Source: an uncultured Eggerthellaceae bacterium (GTDB lineage Bacteria > Actinomycetota > Coriobacteriia > Coriobacteriales > Eggerthellaceae). Taken from it: a stretch of 29,902 nt of DNA. Made by a program: the position numbers and the translations under genes. The notes beneath the pieces are model-generated. The model did no database searches and was not told the origin of the DNA. It was given only the letters and a program-made list of their open reading frames with translations. The stretch spans positions 1 to 29,902 of the forward strand of contig CAQLOA010000001.1 in NCBI GenBank assembly GCA_948829205.1. The letters run 5' to 3'. Position 1 is the stretch's first letter. Each line of letters begins with the position of its first letter. Shown in pieces: positions 8,639 through 17,121 of the stretch.

Positions 8639-8920
8639 ATGAAAAAAGCGAAAAAGTGGGATGCGGCGGGATATCTCACTACCGAGGAAGACATCACGGC
8701 CTACCTAAACGCCGCACTCGAGGACGGCGACACATCCGTTATGGCTGCCGCCTTGGGCGATATAGCCCGCGCGAGAGGCATGACGCAGCTCGCGAAGGAA
8801 ACCGGCGTAACGCGCGACGGCCTTTACAAGGCGCTTTCCCCGACAGGCAATCCATCCTTCGACACCGTGCAGAAGGTCGTCAAAGCATTAGGGTTCAAGC
8901 TTGCCGTAACCGCCGCCTAA
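8639..8920 (+). CDS. Addiction-module antidote protein (HigA-like, Xre HTH)
   Basis: WDAAGYL...YLNAALEDGD...ALGDIARARGMTQLAKETGVTRDGLYKALSPTGNPSFDTV; RBS GAGAGG. Confidence 0.92.
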   Translation: MKKAKKWDAAGYLTTEEDITAYLNAALEDGDTSVMAAALGDIARARGMTQLAKETGVTRDGLYKALSPTGNPSFDTVQKVVKALGFKLAVTAA

Positions 8921-8935
8921 CAAACACATCGACAC

Positions 8936-8964
8936 AAAAAGGCGCCGCCGGGGTTCGGCGGCGC
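8936..8964 (-). terminator. Intrinsic terminator between the convergent antitoxin and NCS2 genes
   Basis: 9-bp GC stem GCGCCGCCG/CGGCGGCGC with a T-tract on the minus strand. Confidence 0.75.
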
Positions 8965-8990
8965 TCGGAGCAAAACAAAACCCTGTCGAC

Positions 8991-10355
8991 CTATTCCACC
9001 AAAAGCTCGTCTTCCTTCTTGATGAGCTCCGCTTCCGCTTCATCCACGTCATCTTCCCACTTGGCCGATTTGTCGCGGCCGGGAAGAATCAGGTTCAGCA
9101 CGACCCCCACGAACGCCGTGCCCGGCAGGCCGCACAGGAACATGGAGACCCAGAACGGGAACTGTGCCAGGGCTTCGGGGAACGCGTTGAACCCCACGCC
9201 GACCGCGATGGACACCGCCACGATTGTGACCACCCGGTCGTCGGGCTTCGACTCCACGATGATCTTGATGCCGTTCACCAGAATGACGCCGAACATCAGA
9301 AGCACTGCGCCGCCGAATACCGCGGTCGGAATCACCGAGCACAGGGCAGCCACCTTGGGGCATAGCCCTGCCAGTATCATGATGCCGCCAGCGAGGGCGA
9401 CCACGTAGCGGCTGCACACCTTGGTGAAGCCAAGCAGCCCCACGTCGGCGCTTGCGGAAATCGTCGGGCCGCAATTGAACAGCCCGGCAAAACCGCTGGT
9501 GATGGCCTGGGTGAAGATCACGCCCCGCGTCTCGCGACGCGTAGGCATGCGGTCGGCGGCAATCTTTGTCGTGGCCGACACGTCGCCAAGCAGCTCGGCA
9601 ACGCCTACGATTGCGAGAAAGCCAATGGTTATGCAGGCATCTATGGGAAACTCGATACCCCAGTAAAGCGGTTGCGGGAACCCGAACCAAGCGGCCTCGG
9701 CCACAGGGGTGAAGTCGACCAGGCCCATGCATACCGCAACCACGGTTCCTATCACCAGGCCAATCAACGGCGCAGCCCCGTGCAGGAATCCCTTGCCGAA
9801 AACGTTCAACAGAAGCACCGACACCAGCGTTATCGCCGCGAGCATCAAGTTGGTCGGACTTCCGAAATCCTCGCTCCCGCTTCCGCCCGCGCAATAGCCT
9901 AGCGCGACTCCTATCAGCGTGGTGCCCAGCACGAACACGACGGATCCGGAAATGAACGGAGGGAATATCACCCGCAGCTTGTCCGCGAACAGGAAGAACA
10001 CAAGCCCGCAAATCAAGCTGCCAACAAGGCAGGCGCCCACATATCCCGCATAGCCCACCTGGGGGGCAATCAGAAGCGCCGGCGAGACGAACACCACGCT
10101 TACGGTCATGGCAATCGGAACCTTGCCTCCCACAGGGCCAACCCCTATGGTCTGCAAAATGGTCGCGATGCCGGCGACAAAGAAGGCGCATGCGACCAGA
10201 ATCGCAGTCTGTGCCGGGTCGAACCCAAGCCCCGCCGCAACCAGAAGTGGATACGGCAAGGCCTGGAAAGCTATCAGAAGAGAGTGCTGGATTCCGAACG
10301 GGATCAGCTCCCTGACCGGAGGCTTGTCGTTTATTCCATACCCTTCAGCTCTCAT
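8991..10355 (-). CDS. NCS2/NAT-family (uracil-xanthine-type) permease 2
   Basis: TM1 GIQH, FPPFISG, PTAVFGGA..MFG; variant NAT motif ADVGLLGFTK. Confidence 0.9.
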   Translation of the reverse strand: MRAEGYGINDKPPVRELIPFGIQHSLLIAFQALPYPLLVAAGLGFDPAQTAILVACAFFVAGIATILQTIGVGPVGGKVPIAMTVSVVFVSPALLIAPQVGYAGYVGACLVGSLICGLVFFLFADKLRVIFPPFISGSVVFVLGTTLIGVALGYCAGGSGSEDFGSPTNLMLAAITLVSVLLLNVFGKGFLHGAAPLIGLVIGTVVAVCMGLVDFTPVAEAAWFGFPQPLYWGIEFPIDACITIGFLAIVGVAELLGDVSATTKIAADRMPTRRETRGVIFTQAITSGFAGLFNCGPTISASADVGLLGFTKVCSRYVVALAGGIMILAGLCPKVAALCSVIPTAVFGGAVLLMFGVILVNGIKIIVESKPDDRVVTIVAVSIAVGVGFNAFPEALAQFPFWVSMFLCGLPGTAFVGVVLNLILPGRDKSAKWEDDVDEAEAELIKKEDELLVE

Positions 10356-10386
10356 GACAACCCCTTAGAATCGAATGCGACCGAGG

Positions 10387-11904
10387 TCACTTCCGCCCGT
10401 TTGCAGGAACCTTCTCGGCCTCGAAGTCGATCGGCGAGACCTCTTCTCCTGGCTTCGGAGCCTCAAGGCCGCTCACGTCTACCTCGACGCCCATCAGGTT
10501 CCCCTCTGCCTTATGCGATTCGGAAAGGTCACCGTTCGCGGAGGATTCCTTTTCTTCGATAGGCTGCTTCTTAAGGTTTCGGCCAGGAAGCAGAACGTTG
10601 AGGATCACGGCGACGAACGCAGTGCCGGGGACGCCGCAGAGCATCGTAGACACCCAGAACGGGAACTGCGCCAGGGCATCAGGGAACGAGTTGAAGCCGA
10701 TGCCCACTGCCAGCGCCACCGCAAGGATCGTCTGCGTGCGGCCCGTCTGCTCGCTTTGCATGATGATCTTCATGCCGTTGACCAGGATGGTTCCGAACAT
10801 CATAAGCACGGCGCCGCCGAACACAGGGTTGGGAATGACCGAGAACACGGCCGAAAACTTCGGGCAAAGACCCATCACAAGCACGATTACGCCAGCGGTC
10901 GCCACGGCATAGCGCGAGAACACCTTGGTGATGCCCATCAGGCCGATGTTCGCAGACCCCGATATGGTGGGGACGGCGTTGAACAGGCCGGCAAAAACGC
11001 TGGTGACGGCCTGCGTCAGAACGGTCTTCTTGGTTTCCTCGGGCGTCGCCAGACGATTTGCTGCAACGTCGACAGTCGCCGAAGTGGTTCCAAGGATCTC
11101 AACGATTCCGCACACGGCGACCAGCGTCATAACGAGGCAGGCGTCGATCGGGAACGAAATGCCCCAATTGAGCGGGGTCGGAATACCTATCCATGCAGCC
11201 TCTTCGACGGGGGTGAAATCAACCATGCCCATGCAAACGCTGATGACGAACCCGACGCACATGCCGATGAGCGGCGCCGCCCCTTGCACGAAGCCCTTGC
11301 CGAACACCGCCAGCACCAACGTTATAAGGAACGTAACCCCGGCCAGCGCAAGAAAGACGGGGTCACCATAGTTCTCGACGCCTGCGCCGCCCGCGCAGTT
11401 GTTAAGGGCGTTGCCAATCAGGCCGGTGCCTAGCACAAGCAGCACCGCGCCCGAAATGAACGGTGGGAAGATAACCCGCAACCATCCCGAGAACAGCACG
11501 AATATGATGCCGCACACGATGGCGGCGACTATGCACGCTCCCATATAGCCGCCGAACCCGGCCTGAGGGATTATCAGAAGGCCCGGCGCGATGAACACGA
11601 AGCTTCCGACCATGACCATGGGGATCTTCGCACCAATCGGCCCTAGTCCGAAGCTTTGTATGAACGTGCAAATGCCGCTCACGAAAAGCGCCGAAGCCAC
11701 CAGGAGCGCCGTCTGGGCCGCATCGAGCCCGACTCCTGCTGAGATCAGCAACGGCGCAGGAAGCGTCTGGAACAGGATGATCAGCGCATGCTGAAGGCCA
11801 AACGCTCCGAGCTCCCCGGCGCGTGGCACCTGGTTCATGCCGTAGCCGCGCTCCTTCTTAGGCTTGCCGGCCTTCTCGACCGGCGCCTTGGCTTTGTCTT
11901 CCAT
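10387..11904 (-). CDS. NCS2/NAT-family permease 1
   Basis: GLQH, FPPFISG, PNPVFGGA..MFG; variant NAT motif ANIGLMGITK. ATG at 11904 with RBS GAGGAGG. Confidence 0.9.
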   Translation of the reverse strand: MEDKAKAPVEKAGKPKKERGYGMNQVPRAGELGAFGLQHALIILFQTLPAPLLISAGVGLDAAQTALLVASALFVSGICTFIQSFGLGPIGAKIPMVMVGSFVFIAPGLLIIPQAGFGGYMGACIVAAIVCGIIFVLFSGWLRVIFPPFISGAVLLVLGTGLIGNALNNCAGGAGVENYGDPVFLALAGVTFLITLVLAVFGKGFVQGAAPLIGMCVGFVISVCMGMVDFTPVEEAAWIGIPTPLNWGISFPIDACLVMTLVAVCGIVEILGTTSATVDVAANRLATPEETKKTVLTQAVTSVFAGLFNAVPTISGSANIGLMGITKVFSRYAVATAGVIVLVMGLCPKFSAVFSVIPNPVFGGAVLMMFGTILVNGMKIIMQSEQTGRTQTILAVALAVGIGFNSFPDALAQFPFWVSTMLCGVPGTAFVAVILNVLLPGRNLKKQPIEEKESSANGDLSESHKAEGNLMGVEVDVSGLEAPKPGEEVSPIDFEAEKVPANGRK

Positions 11905-11929
11905 TTCTTTTCCTCCTCTTGTTTGCCCG

Positions 11930-12757
11930 TCACCCAACGACGGGGATCTTGCAGAAGCGCATCTCGGGCTGTGCGCCGTCCCTCTCCGAAAGGTCGAAGT
12001 CTTCGTATCTGCTCAGATAGCCCTCCTTCTCTATCCACATCCGGTACTTGCCCGGCTCCAATCCCTCGAACCAGACATCGCCGAACTCGTCGCTTGCCGT
12101 AGAAGCAACCACCTCCTCCCCATCGACAGCGGTCAGCTTGGCGCACGCACCCTCTACCACCTCGTCGGCCTCTAGGTCGACGACTGTCGCAGCGATGAAC
12201 CTCTTGGGCTTGTGCAGGTAGTAGACGCGGGGAGAAGTGCCGAATTCGGGATGCAGCACCTCGGCAGCGGCGATCTCGTCGGCGAAGTCTTCCTCTTCTC
12301 CGAAACGAAGGGCGCCCGTGCAGCACGAATCAACGCACCTGGGCTCGGCCCAGCCGTCGTCCAGAAGATGCGCGCAGCCCGTGCATTTCTGCGCCAGTCC
12401 CAGCTCCTTGTTCCAGAAGATGGCGCCATACGGACAGGCGTCGACGAGGCCTTGCTTGTCGCGTGCCTTTTCGGGGTCGATCACGACAAGCCCGTCGTCG
12501 CGACGATAGACGGCCTCGGGAAAGGCCTCCATGCAGGGTGCGTCGTCGCAGTGGTTGCACAGCTTGGGCAAGTAGTTGACCCTCACATGCGGGACCCTGC
12601 CGCAAACCTCTTCGTCCACCTTGCACCAGAACTGCCCGGTGTCTGGCTGGGGTGCCGCATAAGGGCTCCAGTCGTTCCCTACGTGCTCGTCCTTGCAGGC
12701 AATCTGGCAGTTATGGCAGCCGTTGCACTTGTCTAAATCGAAAACGAATACTTTCAT
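11930..12757 (-). CDS. Fe-S small subunit, pyrogallol transhydroxylase beta (BthL)-like, with a C-terminal beta-sandwich domain
   Basis: Cys groups CNGCHNCQIAC, CNHCDDAPC (fourth Cys absent), ACPYGA and CTGCAHLLDD...PRCVDSC. C-terminal SDEFGDVWFEGLEPGKY. 275 aa. Confidence 0.85.
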   Translation of the reverse strand: MKVFVFDLDKCNGCHNCQIACKDEHVGNDWSPYAAPQPDTGQFWCKVDEEVCGRVPHVRVNYLPKLCNHCDDAPCMEAFPEAVYRRDDGLVVIDPEKARDKQGLVDACPYGAIFWNKELGLAQKCTGCAHLLDDGWAEPRCVDSCCTGALRFGEEEDFADEIAAAEVLHPEFGTSPRVYYLHKPKRFIAATVVDLEADEVVEGACAKLTAVDGEEVVASTASDEFGDVWFEGLEPGKYRMWIEKEGYLSRYEDFDLSERDGAQPEMRFCKIPVVG

Positions 12758-12771
12758 GCAGTTGCTCCCCT

Positions 12772-15396
12772 CTACTCCATCCATGCCGAGACCTGAAGGC
12801 CTGAATCAGGTTCGTATTCGCGACCGAACTGCTCGGGGTACTCGCGCGCCAGCTTCTCGACGTCAACCTTCTCGACGTTCACCAGGAAACCATTCGTCGC
12901 CTCGGCAGAAGTGTTCCTCGATGCGCACGCCTCGGGACAGATGAGGTTGTTGGCTCCTCCACGGTCTATGCCGCCACGGCCCGTGACGATCGGATCGACT
13001 CGTGCGCCATGGTCCTGATAGACGGCCCCCGGCATGATGCGTTCGTTGACGTACACACCCCCAAGAACGCTTCCGCGCTCGTTGTATATGCGCACGACGT
13101 CCCCGTCCTTCACGCCCATCTTGCCGGCGTCGATGGGGTTCAGCCACACGGGCTCGTACATGTACCCATCAGGCCCCTTCACCTTGCAGGTGCGTATCTC
13201 CCGCAGCCAGCTGATGTCGTCATGCTCGGAATGCACGCGCCAACGCGGATGGTTGGTAACCATGAGGAACGGGTACTCCAACGCCCTTTCGCAGCTGAGG
13301 CGCTCCTTCAGCTCTTCGGATTCCTCGATCCAGTGAGGAACGATGGGGCGCGTTTCGTCATCGGGGAAGAAGTCGGCCAGGCCGGTGGCGTAGATTTCTA
13401 TCTTGTGCGTCGGGGTCGACAGCGGCTGTGCGGCAGGGTCCTCGTAAAAGGCAGTCAGCGCCACGGGGTCGTCTTCCCAGCCGTCGGCCGTGGGAGCAAG
13501 GCACATCTTCTTGTCCTTGAACTCCTCGTAGTCCATAAGCTCGCCGCATTCGGCGCTCTCGAAGCCAGCCCGGATCCACTCGTCGGTGTCCATGCCCTGC
13601 GTGTACCTCTCCACGAGGTTCTCGTACACGCCTCCGAACTGTTCTAGCTTGGCAGCCACCGCAATCGCGCATTCGTAGTCGGACTTCGACTCGCCTCTCG
13701 GCTCGATGCAGTCGTCCATGATGTACATCATGTTGTACTGGCCGGTCCAGTTGTCCACGGCAATGTCCTTCACCTCGAACATCGTGTTAACCGGCAGGAT
13801 GATGTCGGCGAAAATAGCGTCGTTCTCGAACCACGGGTGCTGCATGACTATGGTTTCCACCCGTTCGTTTCGAAGCGCGTCCTGCATGGAGTTGCCACCG
13901 TTCCAGCACGTGGTCCAACTGGGCGAGTCCGACCAGATCATATGAATCATCGGCGCACCGTCAATCGGGAACTCGAACGGGATGAACTGGTCTGTGCGAG
14001 GCGCCGTGCAAACCACGTGACCATGCCAGTGCAACTTCTCGCCCTCGGGCAGCGTGAGCGCCTTGGGAATCAGGGTCTTCGGCACGAACGCCTGGTGCCC
14101 GATGGTCTCCATCCATCCATGGTATGCTCCAGGCACCTCGAAATACTTCTCGGAGCGCGGCATCGGGTTCCATTCCTTGAACCCGAACTGGCCGAACTCT
14201 ATCAGGTGCAGCTGGCCCGTCCCGTGACGTCCCAAGCCTTGCATGGCAAGCAGCACCACCTCGAGGCGCGCCGGCTCTGCCGAGAAGGGCGAACGAATCA
14301 TTCCGCCGCCGTCGGCATGGGCGATCGACACGGCGTGCTTGGCCCAATATCGGGCAAGCGCCTTTATCGTATAGCTCGGAACCCCGCACTTCTCTTCCGC
14401 CCATTTGGGGCTCTTGGGAACGCCGTCTTCCCCGCCCAGAACGTAGCGCTCAAACCAATCGAACCCAATGGTGTGGGTGTCGACATAGCCCTTGTAATAC
14501 GTTCCCTCGGTGATCCATACGTAGGCTATCGCCAGCTGCAAGGCGGCGTCGGTGTTGGGAAGCACTGGAATCCACTTGCCCTTGTGCGCAGCGCCCGTGT
14601 AGTTCAGGTCGGGCGAGATGAAGAACGACCTGATGCCGATCTCCTCCAGGAAGTACGCCATACGGCTGGGCTGCTCGCCTCCCCACCCCCAAGGCGTGGT
14701 CTCAAGGTCGCATCCCCAATAAAGCACTGCGTCGCCATGCTCGCAGATGTCTTTGTAGAGGTTTTGCTGGTTGACCTGCATGCCCACCGGGTCCATGCCC
14801 CAGATATGCTTGCCGCCCCAGTACCAGCCTTCCCACGAGTCGGGTTGTCGCGCCTGCAACGTGTAGCCGCCCACCAGGTCAAGCATCATGGCTTGCGCGC
14901 CATGCGGGGCATGAACGACCTTGGTCTCGCCGTGACCATCCGCCTGGCACAATATGGCCAAAGGCCCGTACGTGTCATGGATGCGCTTTATCTCGTCGGC
15001 GACGATCTGTGCGGCCTCGTCCCAGCTTATGCGCACATACTTCGACTTGCCACGGTTCTGCGGATTGCGCTCGCCATGCGGGTCCCAGTCGACACGCTTC
15101 ATGGGATGAAGTATGCGGTTGGGTGAATCCACGCGCTTCTTGTAGCTGATCGAAAGCGGCGGAAGCATGGTCTTCTCGCCAGGCTCGAACACCTTGCCGC
15201 GCGCCTCTATCCTCCACGGCTTTCGCTCTTCCTTCGCGGACACGTCGTCGTAATGCAAAGGACGTATGCGCAGTATCTTGTCGTCCTTCACGTCGACGCA
15301 AGCAGTGTTCGCGCTGCAGGCAAACGCCGACCATGCCACGCCACGGAAAACGGTCCTGCCCCTCGTGTCGAGCGGTTTGTCGACTCCCATCGGCAT
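12772..15396 (-). CDS. bis-MGD molybdoenzyme catalytic subunit, pyrogallol transhydroxylase alpha (AthL)-like
   Basis: RILHPMKRVDWDPHGERNPQNRGKS, PDSWEGWYWGGKHIWG (Ser Mo ligand), PNTDAAL, ADIILP and HPRWRVHS. No Tat signal or N-terminal Fe-S motif. 874 aa from ATG 15396 (RBS AGAGGAG). Confidence 0.88.
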   Translation of the reverse strand: MPMGVDKPLDTRGRTVFRGVAWSAFACSANTACVDVKDDKILRIRPLHYDDVSAKEERKPWRIEARGKVFEPGEKTMLPPLSISYKKRVDSPNRILHPMKRVDWDPHGERNPQNRGKSKYVRISWDEAAQIVADEIKRIHDTYGPLAILCQADGHGETKVVHAPHGAQAMMLDLVGGYTLQARQPDSWEGWYWGGKHIWGMDPVGMQVNQQNLYKDICEHGDAVLYWGCDLETTPWGWGGEQPSRMAYFLEEIGIRSFFISPDLNYTGAAHKGKWIPVLPNTDAALQLAIAYVWITEGTYYKGYVDTHTIGFDWFERYVLGGEDGVPKSPKWAEEKCGVPSYTIKALARYWAKHAVSIAHADGGGMIRSPFSAEPARLEVVLLAMQGLGRHGTGQLHLIEFGQFGFKEWNPMPRSEKYFEVPGAYHGWMETIGHQAFVPKTLIPKALTLPEGEKLHWHGHVVCTAPRTDQFIPFEFPIDGAPMIHMIWSDSPSWTTCWNGGNSMQDALRNERVETIVMQHPWFENDAIFADIILPVNTMFEVKDIAVDNWTGQYNMMYIMDDCIEPRGESKSDYECAIAVAAKLEQFGGVYENLVERYTQGMDTDEWIRAGFESAECGELMDYEEFKDKKMCLAPTADGWEDDPVALTAFYEDPAAQPLSTPTHKIEIYATGLADFFPDDETRPIVPHWIEESEELKERLSCERALEYPFLMVTNHPRWRVHSEHDDISWLREIRTCKVKGPDGYMYEPVWLNPIDAGKMGVKDGDVVRIYNERGSVLGGVYVNERIMPGAVYQDHGARVDPIVTGRGGIDRGGANNLICPEACASRNTSAEATNGFLVNVEKVDVEKLAREYPEQFGREYEPDSGLQVSAWME

Positions 15397-15591
15397 TCTC
15401 TCCTCTCTTTTCGGCAAAGGCGCCATCAGACGCCGCTAGAAAGGAGCCTAGTCGCACACGCAGGGGCGACATAACCAACCGCAGGGCAGATTCCAGATAT
15501 ACGACTTATGGTTTATTCAGGCGGATGGCGTCTATGAACTATGCTTTATCCTCGGGTTTCGAGGGTTTAGTCAATCGAGGAGGTGCAGTTG

Positions 15592-17076
15592 GTGCGCGGG
15601 AATTTGCTTCCGATAAGGCTTCTTGGATTCGGGTTCTATTGGGCGTGGCTCTTCCTCGTTTGCGTCAGCCCGTCCCTTCTGATGGGGCACCAACTCGTCC
15701 TCGAACTTCCACTTGAGGCGGCAGAGCTTGCGCTCAGAATCGCGTTCGTGGCCGTCATCATGTTCGCTTCGGCCAAAATGAGCACGAAGACCACAAGCCG
15801 TATGCTGCTTGTGATATCCATGGCTGCAGGCGCGGGCGCGTCGGTCCTCGCCACTTCGAACATACCGGGATTCGAGCTCCCATCGCTCGTCCTCATGGCG
15901 TGCGCCGACGCTTCAATGTTCATGCTGTGGCTGTGCTTCTTCGGAAACAAGAAGGTCGGCGAGATAGCCGTCTACATTGCGCTGTCGTATGCCGCAGGAT
16001 CCATACTCTGCCTGGGAATAGCGGCGCTCGAGTTTCAAATGGCTCAGCTTTTCGCCATCCTCTTGCCCGTACTTTCCGGAATATCCTTCTACCTGTCCTA
16101 CCAGCACTACATGGTTGGCGACGAGGAAGCCGGGCCTGACGATGACGCCACGACCGCAAGCGCCGAAGGCGTAGAGCCCATCGAGGAGACCACTAGCACC
16201 TTCCCCTACATGGGAAAGCTGACGGTCGCCTTGGGTATATATGCGATGGTGTTCAGCCTTGCAACGTCCGTGTTCTTCTGCAACGGGATAGAGGTCGACG
16301 TCATGGGGCCCGCCGTAGAGGCGCCTTGCGCACTGGTCATCGGGTTCTTCCTTGCCGCCATGTTCGTATACGGGCGCAACGTGGACGCAACCTACAAGGC
16401 GTACCGCGTAATCCCGCTGGTGTTCGGACTTGGCCTTGCCTCGCTCCTCGTCTCCCAGCCGCCCTTCATGATAGCCTCCAGCTTCCTAATCATGGCGGGA
16501 TACCTGCTTTTCGAAATAATGGCCCTGAACGACTTCTGCAACGCAGTGAAGATACGAGGGCTGGACACCATCCGAGTGCTCGGAATCGCACGGCTGGGAA
16601 TGTCTTGCGGGATGTTCGCCGGATGGATGCTTGGCATCGTGTCGGCAGCCGTGGCCGACATGCTGCCTCCAATCATTTTCACGGCCCTGATAGACATACC
16701 GGCAATTGTCGTAGCCTCCACGCTCGTCTTTACGGAAAAGGAGGTATTCGCCGTGAGGGCCGCAACCGACGAAAGGCTGATAATGGAAGAATACGAGAAG
16801 AACGCCAAACGACGCGACGCAGAGATTCTTCGGGAAGCCTACGGCATCGAAGACGCGCTAATCGAGGAGTTCGGGAGAAGCCGGAACATGTCGAAGCGCG
16901 AGATGGAGGTTCTCCCCATGCTGCTTCGAGGGAAAACGACCGCCTACATATCCGAGCAGCTCTTCATCGCCACTGGCACCACCAAGACGCACATATATAA
17001 CATCTACCAGAAGCTGGGGGTCCACACCAAGATGGACCTGATCGACATGTTCGACGAGTTTCGCAAAAGCAGGTAG
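15592..17076 (+). CDS. Membrane-spanning (~12 TM) LuxR-family one-component regulator
   Basis: Two blocks of ~6 TMs followed by a LuxR HTH (MSKREMEVL...ISEQLFIATGTTKTHIYNIYQKLGVH). RBS GAGGAGG; start is TTG 15589 or GTG 15592. Confidence 0.9.
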   Translation: MRGNLLPIRLLGFGFYWAWLFLVCVSPSLLMGHQLVLELPLEAAELALRIAFVAVIMFASAKMSTKTTSRMLLVISMAAGAGASVLATSNIPGFELPSLVLMACADASMFMLWLCFFGNKKVGEIAVYIALSYAAGSILCLGIAALEFQMAQLFAILLPVLSGISFYLSYQHYMVGDEEAGPDDDATTASAEGVEPIEETTSTFPYMGKLTVALGIYAMVFSLATSVFFCNGIEVDVMGPAVEAPCALVIGFFLAAMFVYGRNVDATYKAYRVIPLVFGLGLASLLVSQPPFMIASSFLIMAGYLLFEIMALNDFCNAVKIRGLDTIRVLGIARLGMSCGMFAGWMLGIVSAAVADMLPPIIFTALIDIPAIVVASTLVFTEKEVFAVRAATDERLIMEEYEKNAKRRDAEILREAYGIEDALIEEFGRSRNMSKREMEVLPMLLRGKTTAYISEQLFIATGTTKTHIYNIYQKLGVHTKMDLIDMFDEFRKSR

Positions 17077-17121
17077 AAGAACCAGGTCGGCTCTGCCGCC
17101 TAACGTTCCCGCAGGCCCCTT

